Source: a bacterium
GTDB taxonomy: Bacteria; JAJVIF01
Assembly: GCA_022072165.1 (NCBI GenBank)
Contig: JAJVIF010000001.1
Span: 273,353 to 337,352, forward strand
DNA: 64,000 bases
Reading direction: 5' to 3'
Position 1 is the first letter of the stretch, and each line of letters opens with the position of its first letter. The notes under the pieces are model-generated. The model ran no database searches. It was not told the origin of the DNA and saw only the letters and a list, made by a program, of their open reading frames with translations. The translations under genes were made by a program, and so were the position numbers. Positions 8,320 through 17,870 of the stretch are shown piece by piece.

Positions 8320-10422
8320 ATGGCGACCGCTCTCCTTCAACAACGCGTCATGCAGCCCTTCGAACTCGCGTCCGAGTTCGCCCCTTCGCCTGCCCAGCTG
8401 GAGGCGATCAACGCCATCGCCGGACATCTGGAAGCCGGCCAGCGCTTCCAGACCCTCCTGGGCGTCACCGGGTCAGGCAAAACCTATGTCATGGCGAACA
8501 TCATTGCCCAGGTACAGCGACCGACCCTCATCATCGCGCACAACAAAACCCTCGCCGCGCAACTGGCCGCCGAGTTCCGGGAGTTCTTCCCCAACAACCG
8601 GGTGGAGTACTTCGTCTCCTACTACGACTACTACCAGCCGGAGGCCTATGTCCCCTCGAAGGACCTCTTCATCGAGAAGGACTCCGCCATCAACGAAGAG
8701 GTGGATCGTCTGCGCCATGCCGCGACCCAGGCGCTGCTGACGCGGCGCGATGTAATCATCGTCGCCAGCGTCTCCTGCATCTATGGACTCGGGTCCCCGG
8801 CGGACTACACCATGATCTCGGTCACCCTCCGGAAGGGGGAGTCGACTAACCGCACCAAGCTCTTCAGGAGCCTCATCGATATGCAGTTCCTGCGCAACGA
8901 TGTCGCGCAGGCCCGGGGGACCTTCCGGGTGAAAGGCGACACCCTCGAGATTTTCCCGGTCGATGAGGAAGTGGTGATCCGGGTCGAGATGTTTGGCGAT
9001 GAAGTCGAGTCCCTCGCCAAGCTCGACCGCATCACCGGCGAAGTGCTCGGCGTCTATGAGGAATACACGATCTTCCCGGCGTCGCACTACGTCATCCTCC
9101 CCGAGCGTCAGGAACTGGTGATCCACGCCATCGAGCAGGAGCTGGAGCAGCGACTGCCGGAATTTGTCCGGGAAAACCGCCTGATCGAGCACCAGCGACT
9201 GAAGGAGCGGACCCACTACGACATCGAGATGCTGCGGGAAATGGGGTTCTGCAACGGCATCGAAAACTACTCCCGGCATTTCGCCGGACGCCCCCCCGGA
9301 GAGCCACCGTCAACACTGGTGGAGTATTTCCCCGACGATTTTCTGATGTTCGTGGATGAGTCGCATCAGACCATCCCGCAGATCCGGGCGATGGCAGTCG
9401 GGGACCTGCAGCGCAAGCAGACACTGGTCGACTATGGCTTCCGGCTCCCCAGCGCCATCGACAACCGCCCCTTGCGATTCGAGGAGTGGGAGCGGCTGCT
9501 GAATCAGGTCGTGTTTGTTTCCGCGACTCCGGCAGCCTATGAGATGGAGAAAAGCGAGAGCATCACCGAGTTGCTGATTCGCCCGACCGGGCTGGTGGAT
9601 CCCGAGATCGAGATTCGCCCAGTCTCGACGCAGGTCGATGACCTGCTGGGGGAAATCCGGGCCACCATCGAGGCCGGTCACCGGATTCTGGTGACCACCC
9701 TCACGAAGAAGATGTCCGAGGACCTCTCGGCCTATCTGAAGAGCCTCAACATCCGGGTCCGGTATCTCCACTCTGAAATCGAAACGCTGGATCGCATCCG
9801 CATCCTGCGTGACCTGCGACTGGGCGAGTTCGATGTCCTGGTCGGCATCAACCTGCTCCGCGAGGGGCTCGACCTCCCGGAGGTCGCGCTGGTCGCGATC
9901 CTCGATGCGGACAAAGCGGGGTTCCTCCGCTCCGAAACTTCTCTCATCCAGACCATGGGACGCGCCGCGCGGCATGAAACCGGCCGCGTGATTCTTTACG
10001 CCGACACCATGACGCCGGCGATCACCGTGGCCGTGGAGGAAACGCGACGCCGTCGGGAGCGGCAACTGCTGTACAACACCGAGCATGGGATAGTCCCCAC
10101 TGGGGTGAAAAAGGGGATCCGCGACATTACCGGGGACCTGGGAGGCGACAAGGAAAGCCTGCCGTCGACCATCATGTATCGCGGGCTGGAACTGAAGCGC
10201 GAAGAGGTTCCGCTCATCATCGAGGAACTCCGCAAGGACATGTTTCAGTACGCCACCGACATGAAGTTTGAGAAGGCCGCCGAGGTGCGCGACGAGATCA
10301 CGCGACTGGAGGACCTGGCGCTGGGGCGTGCGCCGTCGGGGGATGGCACAGGCGATATGCGGCGGGGGCGTCCGATCAACAAGAAGGTAGAACGGCGGCG
10401 GCAGAAGCACAAGCAGTGGTGA
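8320..10422 (+). CDS. uvrB: Excinuclease ABC subunit B
   Basis: GVTGSGKT, YYDYYQPEAY beta-hairpin, DESH, GINLLREGLDLPEV and C-terminal UVR domain FEKAAEVRD. Confidence 0.98.
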   Translation: MATALLQQRVMQPFELASEFAPSPAQLEAINAIAGHLEAGQRFQTLLGVTGSGKTYVMANIIAQVQRPTLIIAHNKTLAAQLAAEFREFFPNNRVEYFVSYYDYYQPEAYVPSKDLFIEKDSAINEEVDRLRHAATQALLTRRDVIIVASVSCIYGLGSPADYTMISVTLRKGESTNRTKLFRSLIDMQFLRNDVAQARGTFRVKGDTLEIFPVDEEVVIRVEMFGDEVESLAKLDRITGEVLGVYEEYTIFPASHYVILPERQELVIHAIEQELEQRLPEFVRENRLIEHQRLKERTHYDIEMLREMGFCNGIENYSRHFAGRPPGEPPSTLVEYFPDDFLMFVDESHQTIPQIRAMAVGDLQRKQTLVDYGFRLPSAIDNRPLRFEEWERLLNQVVFVSATPAAYEMEKSESITELLIRPTGLVDPEIEIRPVSTQVDDLLGEIRATIEAGHRILVTTLTKKMSEDLSAYLKSLNIRVRYLHSEIETLDRIRILRDLRLGEFDVLVGINLLREGLDLPEVALVAILDADKAGFLRSETSLIQTMGRAARHETGRVILYADTMTPAITVAVEETRRRRERQLLYNTEHGIVPTGVKKGIRDITGDLGGDKESLPSTIMYRGLELKREEVPLIIEELRKDMFQYATDMKFEKAAEVRDEITRLEDLALGRAPSGDGTGDMRRGRPINKKVERRRQKHKQW

Positions 10423-10448
10423 TAGCGAGAAAGTGCGGATACATCCTA

Positions 10449-11372
10449 TCAACTAATTGGTGCATCGTCGGCTGTTTGCGCTGCCCGCAACTCGTCCAGT
10501 AGCTGCTTTGCCAGACCCATTTGCCTCTGCGGATCAATCTGCCGCGGGAACCACCGCGCTGCGGAAAAGAACCCCTGCCAGACCAACATCGGTAACCCGT
10601 CGATGGCATACCGCCCCGACTCCAGTGCCTGACGTACCAACGCCGGGGTCCGGTAGTTCAAATCCCAGGTGTCGTAGGCGCCGTCGGGCAGCGCTGTCAG
10701 CGGACCCGGATCAGCTGCCGTGGTCGCGTTCACCAGCAGACCCTCCAGCACCGATGGCAACCGGTGCCACTCTTCACACCGAATCGCCAGCTGCCCCTCG
10801 GCGGTCTCGCGCAGTCGCTCGAGGAGTGGTTCGACTTCCGCCAAGGGTCGACGCACATAGCAGATCGCCTGCGCTATCCCCGGATCGGGGCGTCCTGCCG
10901 CCCGCTCCCGGGTCCGCTCTGCTCGCCAGAAGCGGAGGTACGCCAGTAGCACCGCCCGGGCGGCCGGCCCGCAGCCGAGCAGATGCACGGTCTGAAACTG
11001 ACGCAACGAACGCTCCGGTCTGGCGGCCCGGATGCCCTGCAGCGTGAAGTACGCCCCATCGACATCTTTGTTGTCCCCGAGGAGTGCGCCATCCTGCCGG
11101 ACCCATATGTGATTCACGGCTGCCAGCACGGCGGCCGCCTCGCTGCCGTGATCACAGGCGGCCCAGGCGCGCTCTTTATGGGGGGTCGTGACATTCAGTC
11201 CCAGCCAGCCGCGACGGACCTGGTCGGGAAAATCTGCGGGCCAGTCCTCCGCTGTCAGGGGCCACAGGTCGTACATCGCATCGACCCCCGTCAGCCCGTA
11301 CAGCGTCTGATGCAGCAGCGGCGAGAGCGATCCTTCGACCGGCCATCCCAGAAGTCCGACACGGCTGGTCAT
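10449..11372 (-). CDS. aroE: Shikimate dehydrogenase
   Basis: SLSPLLH, GLNVTTPHK, AVN, GDNKD, LLGCGPAARA, NAT and DGLPMLVWQG. Confidence 0.88.
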   Translation of the reverse strand: MTSRVGLLGWPVEGSLSPLLHQTLYGLTGVDAMYDLWPLTAEDWPADFPDQVRRGWLGLNVTTPHKERAWAACDHGSEAAAVLAAVNHIWVRQDGALLGDNKDVDGAYFTLQGIRAARPERSLRQFQTVHLLGCGPAARAVLLAYLRFWRAERTRERAAGRPDPGIAQAICYVRRPLAEVEPLLERLRETAEGQLAIRCEEWHRLPSVLEGLLVNATTAADPGPLTALPDGAYDTWDLNYRTPALVRQALESGRYAIDGLPMLVWQGFFSAARWFPRQIDPQRQMGLAKQLLDELRAAQTADDAPIS

Positions 11373-12091
11373 TGATGCAACTCCCAGCCTTCGACCTTGA
11401 TCAGCGGAATCCGACCACTGAGCAACACTGCATCGATGTTCAGGGGGCGTGGTGCCTGTCCGGTGCTGCGGAAGCGATAGACCGATTTCTTTCCGCCAGA
11501 GTCGAAGTAGTCGACAAAGCCCGCTTCATCCATCAGGACCAGTCCATCAACCGGATCCATCACTGGCAGGAACGGCCCGGATTTCCCACCAAACAGGCGT
11601 CGCGCCAGGTCTGGCGAGAGCCGGCCTGGCGGGACATAACTCACGTGGAACCCCTCGGTGAAGTGGTTGTGGAGGAGCAGGGGATCCTCTGTCGCGCACA
11701 ACGCGGCGAAGTCCAGTTTCTCCTGCGTCACCTGATACCCAAACTGGCGTCCGACCCGGGGAATCATCCAGGGGTAGGTGCCGAAGACGGTCGTGCCCAG
11801 TGCCGCGGTTACCGATCGCTGCTCAGCCTCGACTCCCTGCTGACGCAGCAGGGTTGTGAAAGCCGCCGGGACACAGGTGAAGTCCGTGCTCTGATGCACG
11901 ACACCAAACTCATCGACTTCGGTGTACTCCGGGATGACCTGCGTGAGGGTGTACCAGTGCAGATAGCGCTCCACTCCGAACATGACCAACAGCAACCACA
12001 CCAGGATCATGCCCCAGAGACGCCACTGGGGATGCCGGCTTTCGATCCGGAAAGTCGTGAGCTGATTGTCGACCAGCTTCACACCTCCCAT
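11369..12091 (-). CDS. Membrane-anchored C39-like cysteine peptidase
   Basis: One TM helix, then QSTDFTCVPAA (Q..C), a His (GFHV) and MDP, as in C39-like domains. Confidence 0.7.
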   Translation of the reverse strand: MGGVKLVDNQLTTFRIESRHPQWRLWGMILVWLLLVMFGVERYLHWYTLTQVIPEYTEVDEFGVVHQSTDFTCVPAAFTTLLRQQGVEAEQRSVTAALGTTVFGTYPWMIPRVGRQFGYQVTQEKLDFAALCATEDPLLLHNHFTEGFHVSYVPPGRLSPDLARRLFGGKSGPFLPVMDPVDGLVLMDEAGFVDYFDSGGKKSVYRFRSTGQAPRPLNIDAVLLSGRIPLIKVEGWELHQ

Positions 12092-12097
12092 GACGCT

Positions 12098-12874
12098 CTA
12101 GTCCCCCTGCGATGTCGTAGCAGGTGCTGCAACTGGACGCTCGCTGAATCGCAGACTCGGGAGAATCCGCTCCTCGACTTCCGTGGTGCGCTGGAGGAAC
12201 GACGATGGGGGAGCCACCACCTGCCCAATCCAGACGTCATCTCCCAGAATCCAAAGATAGTGTCGTGAAAGCCGTCGCGACCCCTCCGGCGCGAGTTCCA
12301 GGTAGTGCTGCTGCATCAGTCGCAGCTGTTCCCAGTCCTCGTCGGGCATCTGGTCCATGGTCCCCACTGGTCGGCGAATCAGCATGGTGACTGTCAGGAC
12401 CTCATGCTCGCCGAACAGCACCCGGGAATAGCTGAGGACGGTCTTCCGGGCTCCCAGAAAGTAGTTGTCTGCCAGGGCCACACCCTGCGCTGCATGTTCA
12501 AGTAGCAGTTCGTCTACCGCTTCCGGCGGGACATCACTCGCGTTCGCCAAAAAGAGGGGTCGCATCCCCGGGAGGAAACCGATGCTGAAATAGGTATCAG
12601 CCCCCTGTCGCAACTGAACGACCGAATTGGGATCGGGGTAATACGTCGGCAGGGTCCAGGTGGTGGGAAACTCGCCAGCGAGCCCATAAGCGGCCACCTC
12701 AAAGGGAGTCACCGGCAGCGCTGCCACCGCCGGGTGTGCCTCGGGGAGGGGAGGGGTTGACTTGCGGGTCCCAGGGCCGGCCCCCAGGCCGGCTCCTGGC
12801 GGACGCCATCCCTGACAGCCCCCCAGTAGGGGCACGACCAGCCAGAGGAGCCAGCAGCGTCGCAGGTGGGCCAT
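12098..12874 (-). CDS. Hypothetical lipoprotein
   Basis: Signal peptide with lipobox LGGC; SD-less start 8 nt after CATACT. Confidence 0.7.
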   Translation of the reverse strand: MAHLRRCWLLWLVVPLLGGCQGWRPPGAGLGAGPGTRKSTPPLPEAHPAVAALPVTPFEVAAYGLAGEFPTTWTLPTYYPDPNSVVQLRQGADTYFSIGFLPGMRPLFLANASDVPPEAVDELLLEHAAQGVALADNYFLGARKTVLSYSRVLFGEHEVLTVTMLIRRPVGTMDQMPDEDWEQLRLMQQHYLELAPEGSRRLSRHYLWILGDDVWIGQVVAPPSSFLQRTTEVEERILPSLRFSERPVAAPATTSQGD

Positions 12875-12920
12875 CGCCGCACAGTATGCCCCCTGCGGTG
12901 GACTGAAGTCGCCCCCGCAT

Positions 12921-12949
12921 TTGCCTCTCTTCCTGCCCTTCGCTACCCT
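12921..12949 (+). promoter_or_regulatory. sigma70-type promoter of prs
   Basis: TTGCCT-N17-TACCCT. Confidence 0.55.
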
Positions 12950-13040
12950 ACGACACTGGCGCTGCAGGATCGGTCCCGCAGGCAGGAGCAGTCAGCGCCA
13001 CACGCCCCAGGATCGCGAGGCAGGAGCTGACCCACCGCCC

Positions 13041-13994
13041 ATGGCCTACAACGAACTCAAGATCTTTGCGGGGACTGCATCCAACGCTCTCGCCACGGAG
13101 ATTTGTGATGTCCTTGGCGTCTCCCTCGGACGCTCTGAAACGCTGACGTTTAAGAACGAAAACCTCTTCGTCCGGCTCAATGAAAACGTCCGGGAAACGG
13201 ATGCCTTTGTCATCCAGACCTCCTGTCCCCCGGTCGACAGCAACCTGCTGGAGTCGCTGATCATGGTGGATGCCCTCAAGCGGGCGAGTGCCCGGCGCAT
13301 CACCATGGTCTGTCCCTACTTCCCTTACAGCCGCTCCGACAAAAAGGATCAGCCCCGCATCGCCATCACGGCGGCGCTGATCGCGAATCTGATGCAGGTC
13401 GCCGGGGTGCATCGGGTCCTGACGATGGACCTCCACGCCGAGCAGATACAGGGATTTTTCACGGTGCCGGTGGACCAGTTGCTGGCCCGACCCATCATTG
13501 CTGGCTACTTCCGGGAGAAGTACCGCAATAGCGATGGTCTCAACAATGTCGTCGCGATGGCTCCCGATGCCGGATCGGCTCGTCGGGTCCGGGCCTACGC
13601 CGCCATGCTCGGTGTCCCTCTTGTACTCGCCGATAAGCGACGCCAGGACATGGATACGGAGATCATGAACATCGTCGGCGATGTCGAGGGACGTGATGTC
13701 ATCATCTTCGATGACGAAATCGCCACCGGCGGCTCCATCCTGGAAGTGGCGCAGAAGGTTCTCGACTCCGGTGCCCGCACGGTATCAGCCGGCGTGACGC
13801 ATCCTGTCCTGTGTGGCGGAGCCCCCGGACGGGTCCAGCAAAGCTGCCTGCGGGAACTCGCTGTGACCAACACGATTCCGCTACCACCAGACTACGAGCA
13901 ACCCAAAATTACGGTCCTGTCGGTGGCGCGACTCTTCGCCGAAGCCATTCTGAGCATTCACACTGGACAAAGTGTCAGCCGACTCTTCGCCTGA
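13041..13994 (+). CDS. prs: Ribose-phosphate pyrophosphokinase
   Basis: PYFPYSRSDKK, MDLHAEQIQGFF, APDAG, IFDDEIATGGS and VTNTIP. Confidence 0.97.
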   Translation: MAYNELKIFAGTASNALATEICDVLGVSLGRSETLTFKNENLFVRLNENVRETDAFVIQTSCPPVDSNLLESLIMVDALKRASARRITMVCPYFPYSRSDKKDQPRIAITAALIANLMQVAGVHRVLTMDLHAEQIQGFFTVPVDQLLARPIIAGYFREKYRNSDGLNNVVAMAPDAGSARRVRAYAAMLGVPLVLADKRRQDMDTEIMNIVGDVEGRDVIIFDDEIATGGSILEVAQKVLDSGARTVSAGVTHPVLCGGAPGRVQQSCLRELAVTNTIPLPPDYEQPKITVLSVARLFAEAILSIHTGQSVSRLFA

Positions 13995-14045
13995 GCCTGC
14001 TACTGGAGCCTTTGCGCCAGACCCGGCATACTACCCGGCAGGACC

Positions 14046-15593
14046 ATGCCTTTCCATCAGATTCCCTGGAGCCCTACAAGTCCCATCCCGCTCCCGCCGG
14101 GACTGGTGATCCTGCAACTCCGGCGATCCGCCGATTCTGGTTACCTCTTACGTCTGCTCGCTCAGCATTTTGTGGCTGAATTCGGACTTCCCCAGGCCGC
14201 GTTTCGGCTCTGTCACATTAGCGTCGAAGATACGCTCCTTGGCACCCATGCAGATCCGATCATCCGGCAGGCGCATTGGCGGAGTCTCTGGCAACTCCTG
14301 CCGGAATCCGGCGAAAGCGGGAGCGCATCACTCGCCCAGCAGATAGCGGAATTGCGTCAGGAACTCCTGGCGTTGGAGCAGTCAGGCGACATGCAGATCA
14401 GCGACGTGGCATCCGCTAACGGCACCGACCACCGTCTGGCACTGCAGCACCAACTCGCCCGCATCGAGTCCGAGTTGCGGCGTGAAATGCCGGGACTCGT
14501 CGATACCCCGGATGCCGCCCGGCAGGTCACCCGGCTGGGGGAAGCCCAGGCCCGCATCCGGCAGGAATATCTGACGCTGCAGGAGCAGCTGAAGGAACTC
14601 AACGGACGTCTTGAATCTGCTACCGGGGAAACACGCCGCCTCAAGAAAGAAGAAGGCCGCAAGGTCACCCTCGGAGGCATCTTCGTCCTGCTGGGAGCGA
14701 TTTCGCTCATGGCCGATGGAGTCCCCGCTCATTTGAGACCCCTGGGATGGGCCGTGATCGCCCTCGGGATCCTGTTTGCTTACGTCGCCAATCGGAACGC
14801 GTCCGCCAAAGAGAGCCCAAAAGAAGCCCAGGTCCGACGCCAGGTTCAGGAGACCACAGCCCGACTCACGGAGGTCGATGAGCGACTCCGGGAAGCGGAC
14901 CGGCAGGTGCGTCAATACTGCGCGTCCATCGGCTGCACGTCGCCAGGGCAGGTGCTGGAACTGCAGCGACGCTTTGATCAGCGTCGCGCAGAAAAGGCGG
15001 AACTCGAAGCGGAACTGCAGGCCTTGGCTCTTACAGGCACGGAGCAAGAGTCCCGTGGTGGCGTGGCAACCCTGACTCGGGCAGAGGACCTCCGGATGGA
15101 GTTGATGACGCTGGAAACCGAGGTGCAGCGTCGCGCAGCGGGGCAAGGCTTGCGACGTCCTGCCTTTGCGACCGTGCTCGAAACCGCCAATCAATGGTTG
15201 CGCCATCAAGATGGTGGTGCCACCGGACTTCAATGGGGCCTCGATGGGTCGCAGACTCCGCACCTCTCACCAGAAAATAGTCCATCTTTAGCGTCGAAAG
15301 TGATATCCTATTTGAGCCTCAGGCTTGCGCTAATAGCGTCAAGTGAAGAAATTCCGTCAAACTTACCGCTGGTACTGGACGATCCCCTGAAACTTTGGGA
15401 CGATGACGAATTGACGGCTGGCTATGCGACCTTTGCACGGGTTGCACGGACCGGACGTCAGGTGATCTATATAACTTCGCGAGGGGTCTTGCTGTCCGCA
15501 TGGCGGCAGGCGAGCCGGGCGCAGGGTGAGGCACTCACCCTGGTCGAGCTGGGAGATCCCCCGTCGAACTGGGACGCAGTCGAGGGCGAATGA
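14046..15593 (+). CDS. YhaN/SMC-like coiled-coil membrane protein with degenerate ATPase motifs
   Basis: Long coiled coils, two central TM helices, C-terminal YLSLRLAL...LPLVLDDPL..WDD...RQVIYIT; no Walker A at the N-terminus. Confidence 0.65.
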   Translation: MPFHQIPWSPTSPIPLPPGLVILQLRRSADSGYLLRLLAQHFVAEFGLPQAAFRLCHISVEDTLLGTHADPIIRQAHWRSLWQLLPESGESGSASLAQQIAELRQELLALEQSGDMQISDVASANGTDHRLALQHQLARIESELRREMPGLVDTPDAARQVTRLGEAQARIRQEYLTLQEQLKELNGRLESATGETRRLKKEEGRKVTLGGIFVLLGAISLMADGVPAHLRPLGWAVIALGILFAYVANRNASAKESPKEAQVRRQVQETTARLTEVDERLREADRQVRQYCASIGCTSPGQVLELQRRFDQRRAEKAELEAELQALALTGTEQESRGGVATLTRAEDLRMELMTLETEVQRRAAGQGLRRPAFATVLETANQWLRHQDGGATGLQWGLDGSQTPHLSPENSPSLASKVISYLSLRLALIASSEEIPSNLPLVLDDPLKLWDDDELTAGYATFARVARTGRQVIYITSRGVLLSAWRQASRAQGEALTLVELGDPPSNWDAVEGE

Positions 15594-16357
15594 ATTCCCC
15601 TGCAGGAAAGGTCCTGCGTCAGCATCTGGAGCAGATCCGGCAGCGGATTGACTCCGCCAGGGCGCGCCGTGGAGGCGGGCCTGTGATGCTGTTGCCGGTG
15701 ACCAAAGAGCAGCCTCCTCGCATGGTCGCCTCGCTGCTCAAGCAGCAGGTCTGGGCGATTGCGGAGAACCGGGTACAGGAAGCCCGGAAGAAGTTCCCGG
15801 ACATCGAAGCGGTCCTTGGGGCTGACTGGAAACTCACCGAGCGTCATCTCATCGGGACCCTCCAGACCAACAAAGCTAAAGAAGCAGCCACCCTCTTTGA
15901 CTGGGTGCAGAGTGTCGATCGGCTCAAGCTCGCCGAAGCCCTCCAGGAAGGGGCATCCGCCACCAATCGCACACTCCAGGTGACCCTGCAGGTGAAGTAC
16001 GGCCAGGAGCCGACCAAGCAGGGGCTTCCTGAAGCGGCACTCCTCGAGCAGTTCGAGGATTTCTGCGAATTCCCCAATCTGAGACTGCGGGGGCTCATGC
16101 TCATTGCCCCCCTGGGCATCGACCCGCAGCTGACCCGGCAGTACTTCCGTCGGTGCAAGCAGCTCTTCGAAAGCCTCCGTTTGGAGGCCAGTCGACGCAA
16201 GTGTCAGTGGGACACCCTCTCTATGGGGATGAGCGAAGACTTCGAGATGGCCATCGAAGAGGGGGCCACCATGATCCGCATTGGACGGCTCCTTTTTGAC
16301 GGGGTCCCCGAGGATGTCGAAGAGCCGCGCATTCCATTGGACATCATGGACGAGTAG
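15590..16357 (+). CDS. yggS: PLP homeostasis protein (YggS family)
   Basis: PVTK, AENRVQEA, HLIGTLQTNK, LRGLM, LSMGMSEDFEMAIEEGATMIRIG. Confidence 0.95.
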   Translation: MNSPAGKVLRQHLEQIRQRIDSARARRGGGPVMLLPVTKEQPPRMVASLLKQQVWAIAENRVQEARKKFPDIEAVLGADWKLTERHLIGTLQTNKAKEAATLFDWVQSVDRLKLAEALQEGASATNRTLQVTLQVKYGQEPTKQGLPEAALLEQFEDFCEFPNLRLRGLMLIAPLGIDPQLTRQYFRRCKQLFESLRLEASRRKCQWDTLSMGMSEDFEMAIEEGATMIRIGRLLFDGVPEDVEEPRIPLDIMDE

Positions 16358-16973
16358 CGTCGGTTTTCCCGTCGGGCATGTTGGAGGCTGCAATGTGCGG
16401 ATCGTAGGCCGTCTGACGACTGCGCCACCATTGCCACCCTGCCACCATCAGCCCCACTGCGAGTACTCCCAGCAGCCACGGACGGGCAGCGGGGGACTTG
16501 ATGAACAGCCCGACGCCCCCCGTAATCATCAGCACGTTCATGCTGTTGAAGAGGCAGTTGCGCAACAGACTCCAGCCCAGGAAGACATGGACCGGGATTC
16601 CAAGCACCGGGGCAAGGTAGTTCATCACCGGTCGCAGGAGCGACAGGGCATAGCTGAGAAAAATGGCGGGTCCGGGGCCATGCGACAGCAGCTTTTTCAC
16701 AATCGGGTGATCGCGACGGGAGTAGAGCCGGGGGACCAGTCGGTTAATGGCCGGCCCAAAACCACGCGACAAGCCATACGCCGCGAGATCCCCCAGGGTC
16801 TGCCCGGTAATGAACGCGATCACGACCTGCCACAGCGCCAGTTCGCCACGTCCAACCATGACTCCCAGGGGGGCCAGCACCAGCACCGAATGCAGGGGAA
16901 TGCCCAATGACTGCACGAAGGCAGTCACGAAGACCGCCGGGAGCGGGGGGATGGCAGCGAGCCAGTCAGGCAT
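16344..16973 (-). CDS. DedA family membrane protein
   Basis: SLGIPL..., GQTLGDLAAYGLSR, HG..AIFLS...LR pattern; several TM helices. Confidence 0.75.
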   Translation of the reverse strand: MPDWLAAIPPLPAVFVTAFVQSLGIPLHSVLVLAPLGVMVGRGELALWQVVIAFITGQTLGDLAAYGLSRGFGPAINRLVPRLYSRRDHPIVKKLLSHGPGPAIFLSYALSLLRPVMNYLAPVLGIPVHVFLGWSLLRNCLFNSMNVLMITGGVGLFIKSPAARPWLLGVLAVGLMVAGWQWWRSRQTAYDPHIAASNMPDGKTDATRP

Positions 16974-17055
16974 CAACAGAAGGCTAACACGGTGTGTCCG
17001 ACTGCTACTATCCGACGCTGCAACCGTATCGCCCGCTCAGGAGTCTGCTTTCAGG

Positions 17056-17864
17056 TGACCACTGCCGCTCCCGACCCGACACCTAACGCAGCGCCGGAGA
17101 ATCCTGCTCCACGTCCCGGTCTCCCCCTCGGCGCGCTCCTTGGAGGCATCGCCACGCTGCTTACCATTGGGGTGGCCTCCTCACAGCTCATCCTCAACAG
17201 CCTGCAAATCCGGGAAAAGGCGCAAGCGCTGCCGGTCACGGCGACCGTCGACCCGCCGGCGTCGGGTGCTGTTCCCCCCCAGCCAGAAATCACCGATCTG
17301 CCTGCTACGGCTGACACTTCAGCTTCGACCGCTGCTGACAGCGAGCAACCGTCGGGTTGGTACACGTACCCCCCAATCGGCGGAGCAAAAGTGCCGGCAG
17401 CGCTGGAGCCATCAGTGCATCGGCTGTATGTCGCACTCGAGAAGGGCATTCGGAATGCCCGGGACTTTACCTATCTGGTGTATGTCGCAGACACCACGGT
17501 GCTGCGCCAGATCCGCAAGCCCGAGAAAGTGGGAACTGCGCTCTCCCTCGATCCTGCCTGGCCGAGCGCTCATCCGACACCGACAGTCACGTGGACTCCG
17601 TCCCTCTGGAACACGCTCCAGCAACAAGGCACCGGGCAGGTGGTGTTTGTGGCGTGTGTGTGCCAGTCAGAGCCCTGTGCTGCCCCGGTCATCGAATGGG
17701 ACATGCTGCGCAAAGCCCTGAGTGGATCCGGCATTCAGGTAACTTCAGCCGAATGGGATCTGGGCGTGATGACCCTGCCGGTGACCGTGATGAGTCCTGA
17801 CGGTACGCCGTGTACTATCGGTGGGCCACTTATTCTGGCCCTGGTGCCGACCGCAGGAGAGTAA
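17056..17864 (+). CDS. Hypothetical membrane-anchored protein
   Basis: N-terminal TM helix, Pro/Ala/Thr linker, CVCQSEPC cluster; start uncertain (GTG 17056 or 16992). Confidence 0.55.
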
Positions 17865-17870
17865 TTGCAC

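Noticed and set aside
8202-8325. LexA/SOS box upstream of uvrB; CCCCATGGCG repeated twice
   Set aside because: No GAAC-N4-GTTC or CTGT-N8-ACAG palindrome found; the short GC-rich repeat may be chance
3070-10452. Long antisense ORFs (3070-4407, 7011-8849, 9310-10452; likewise 41666-43933 and 52402-54375)
   Set aside because: Shadows of real genes in high-GC DNA; no SD, no motifs, atypical composition
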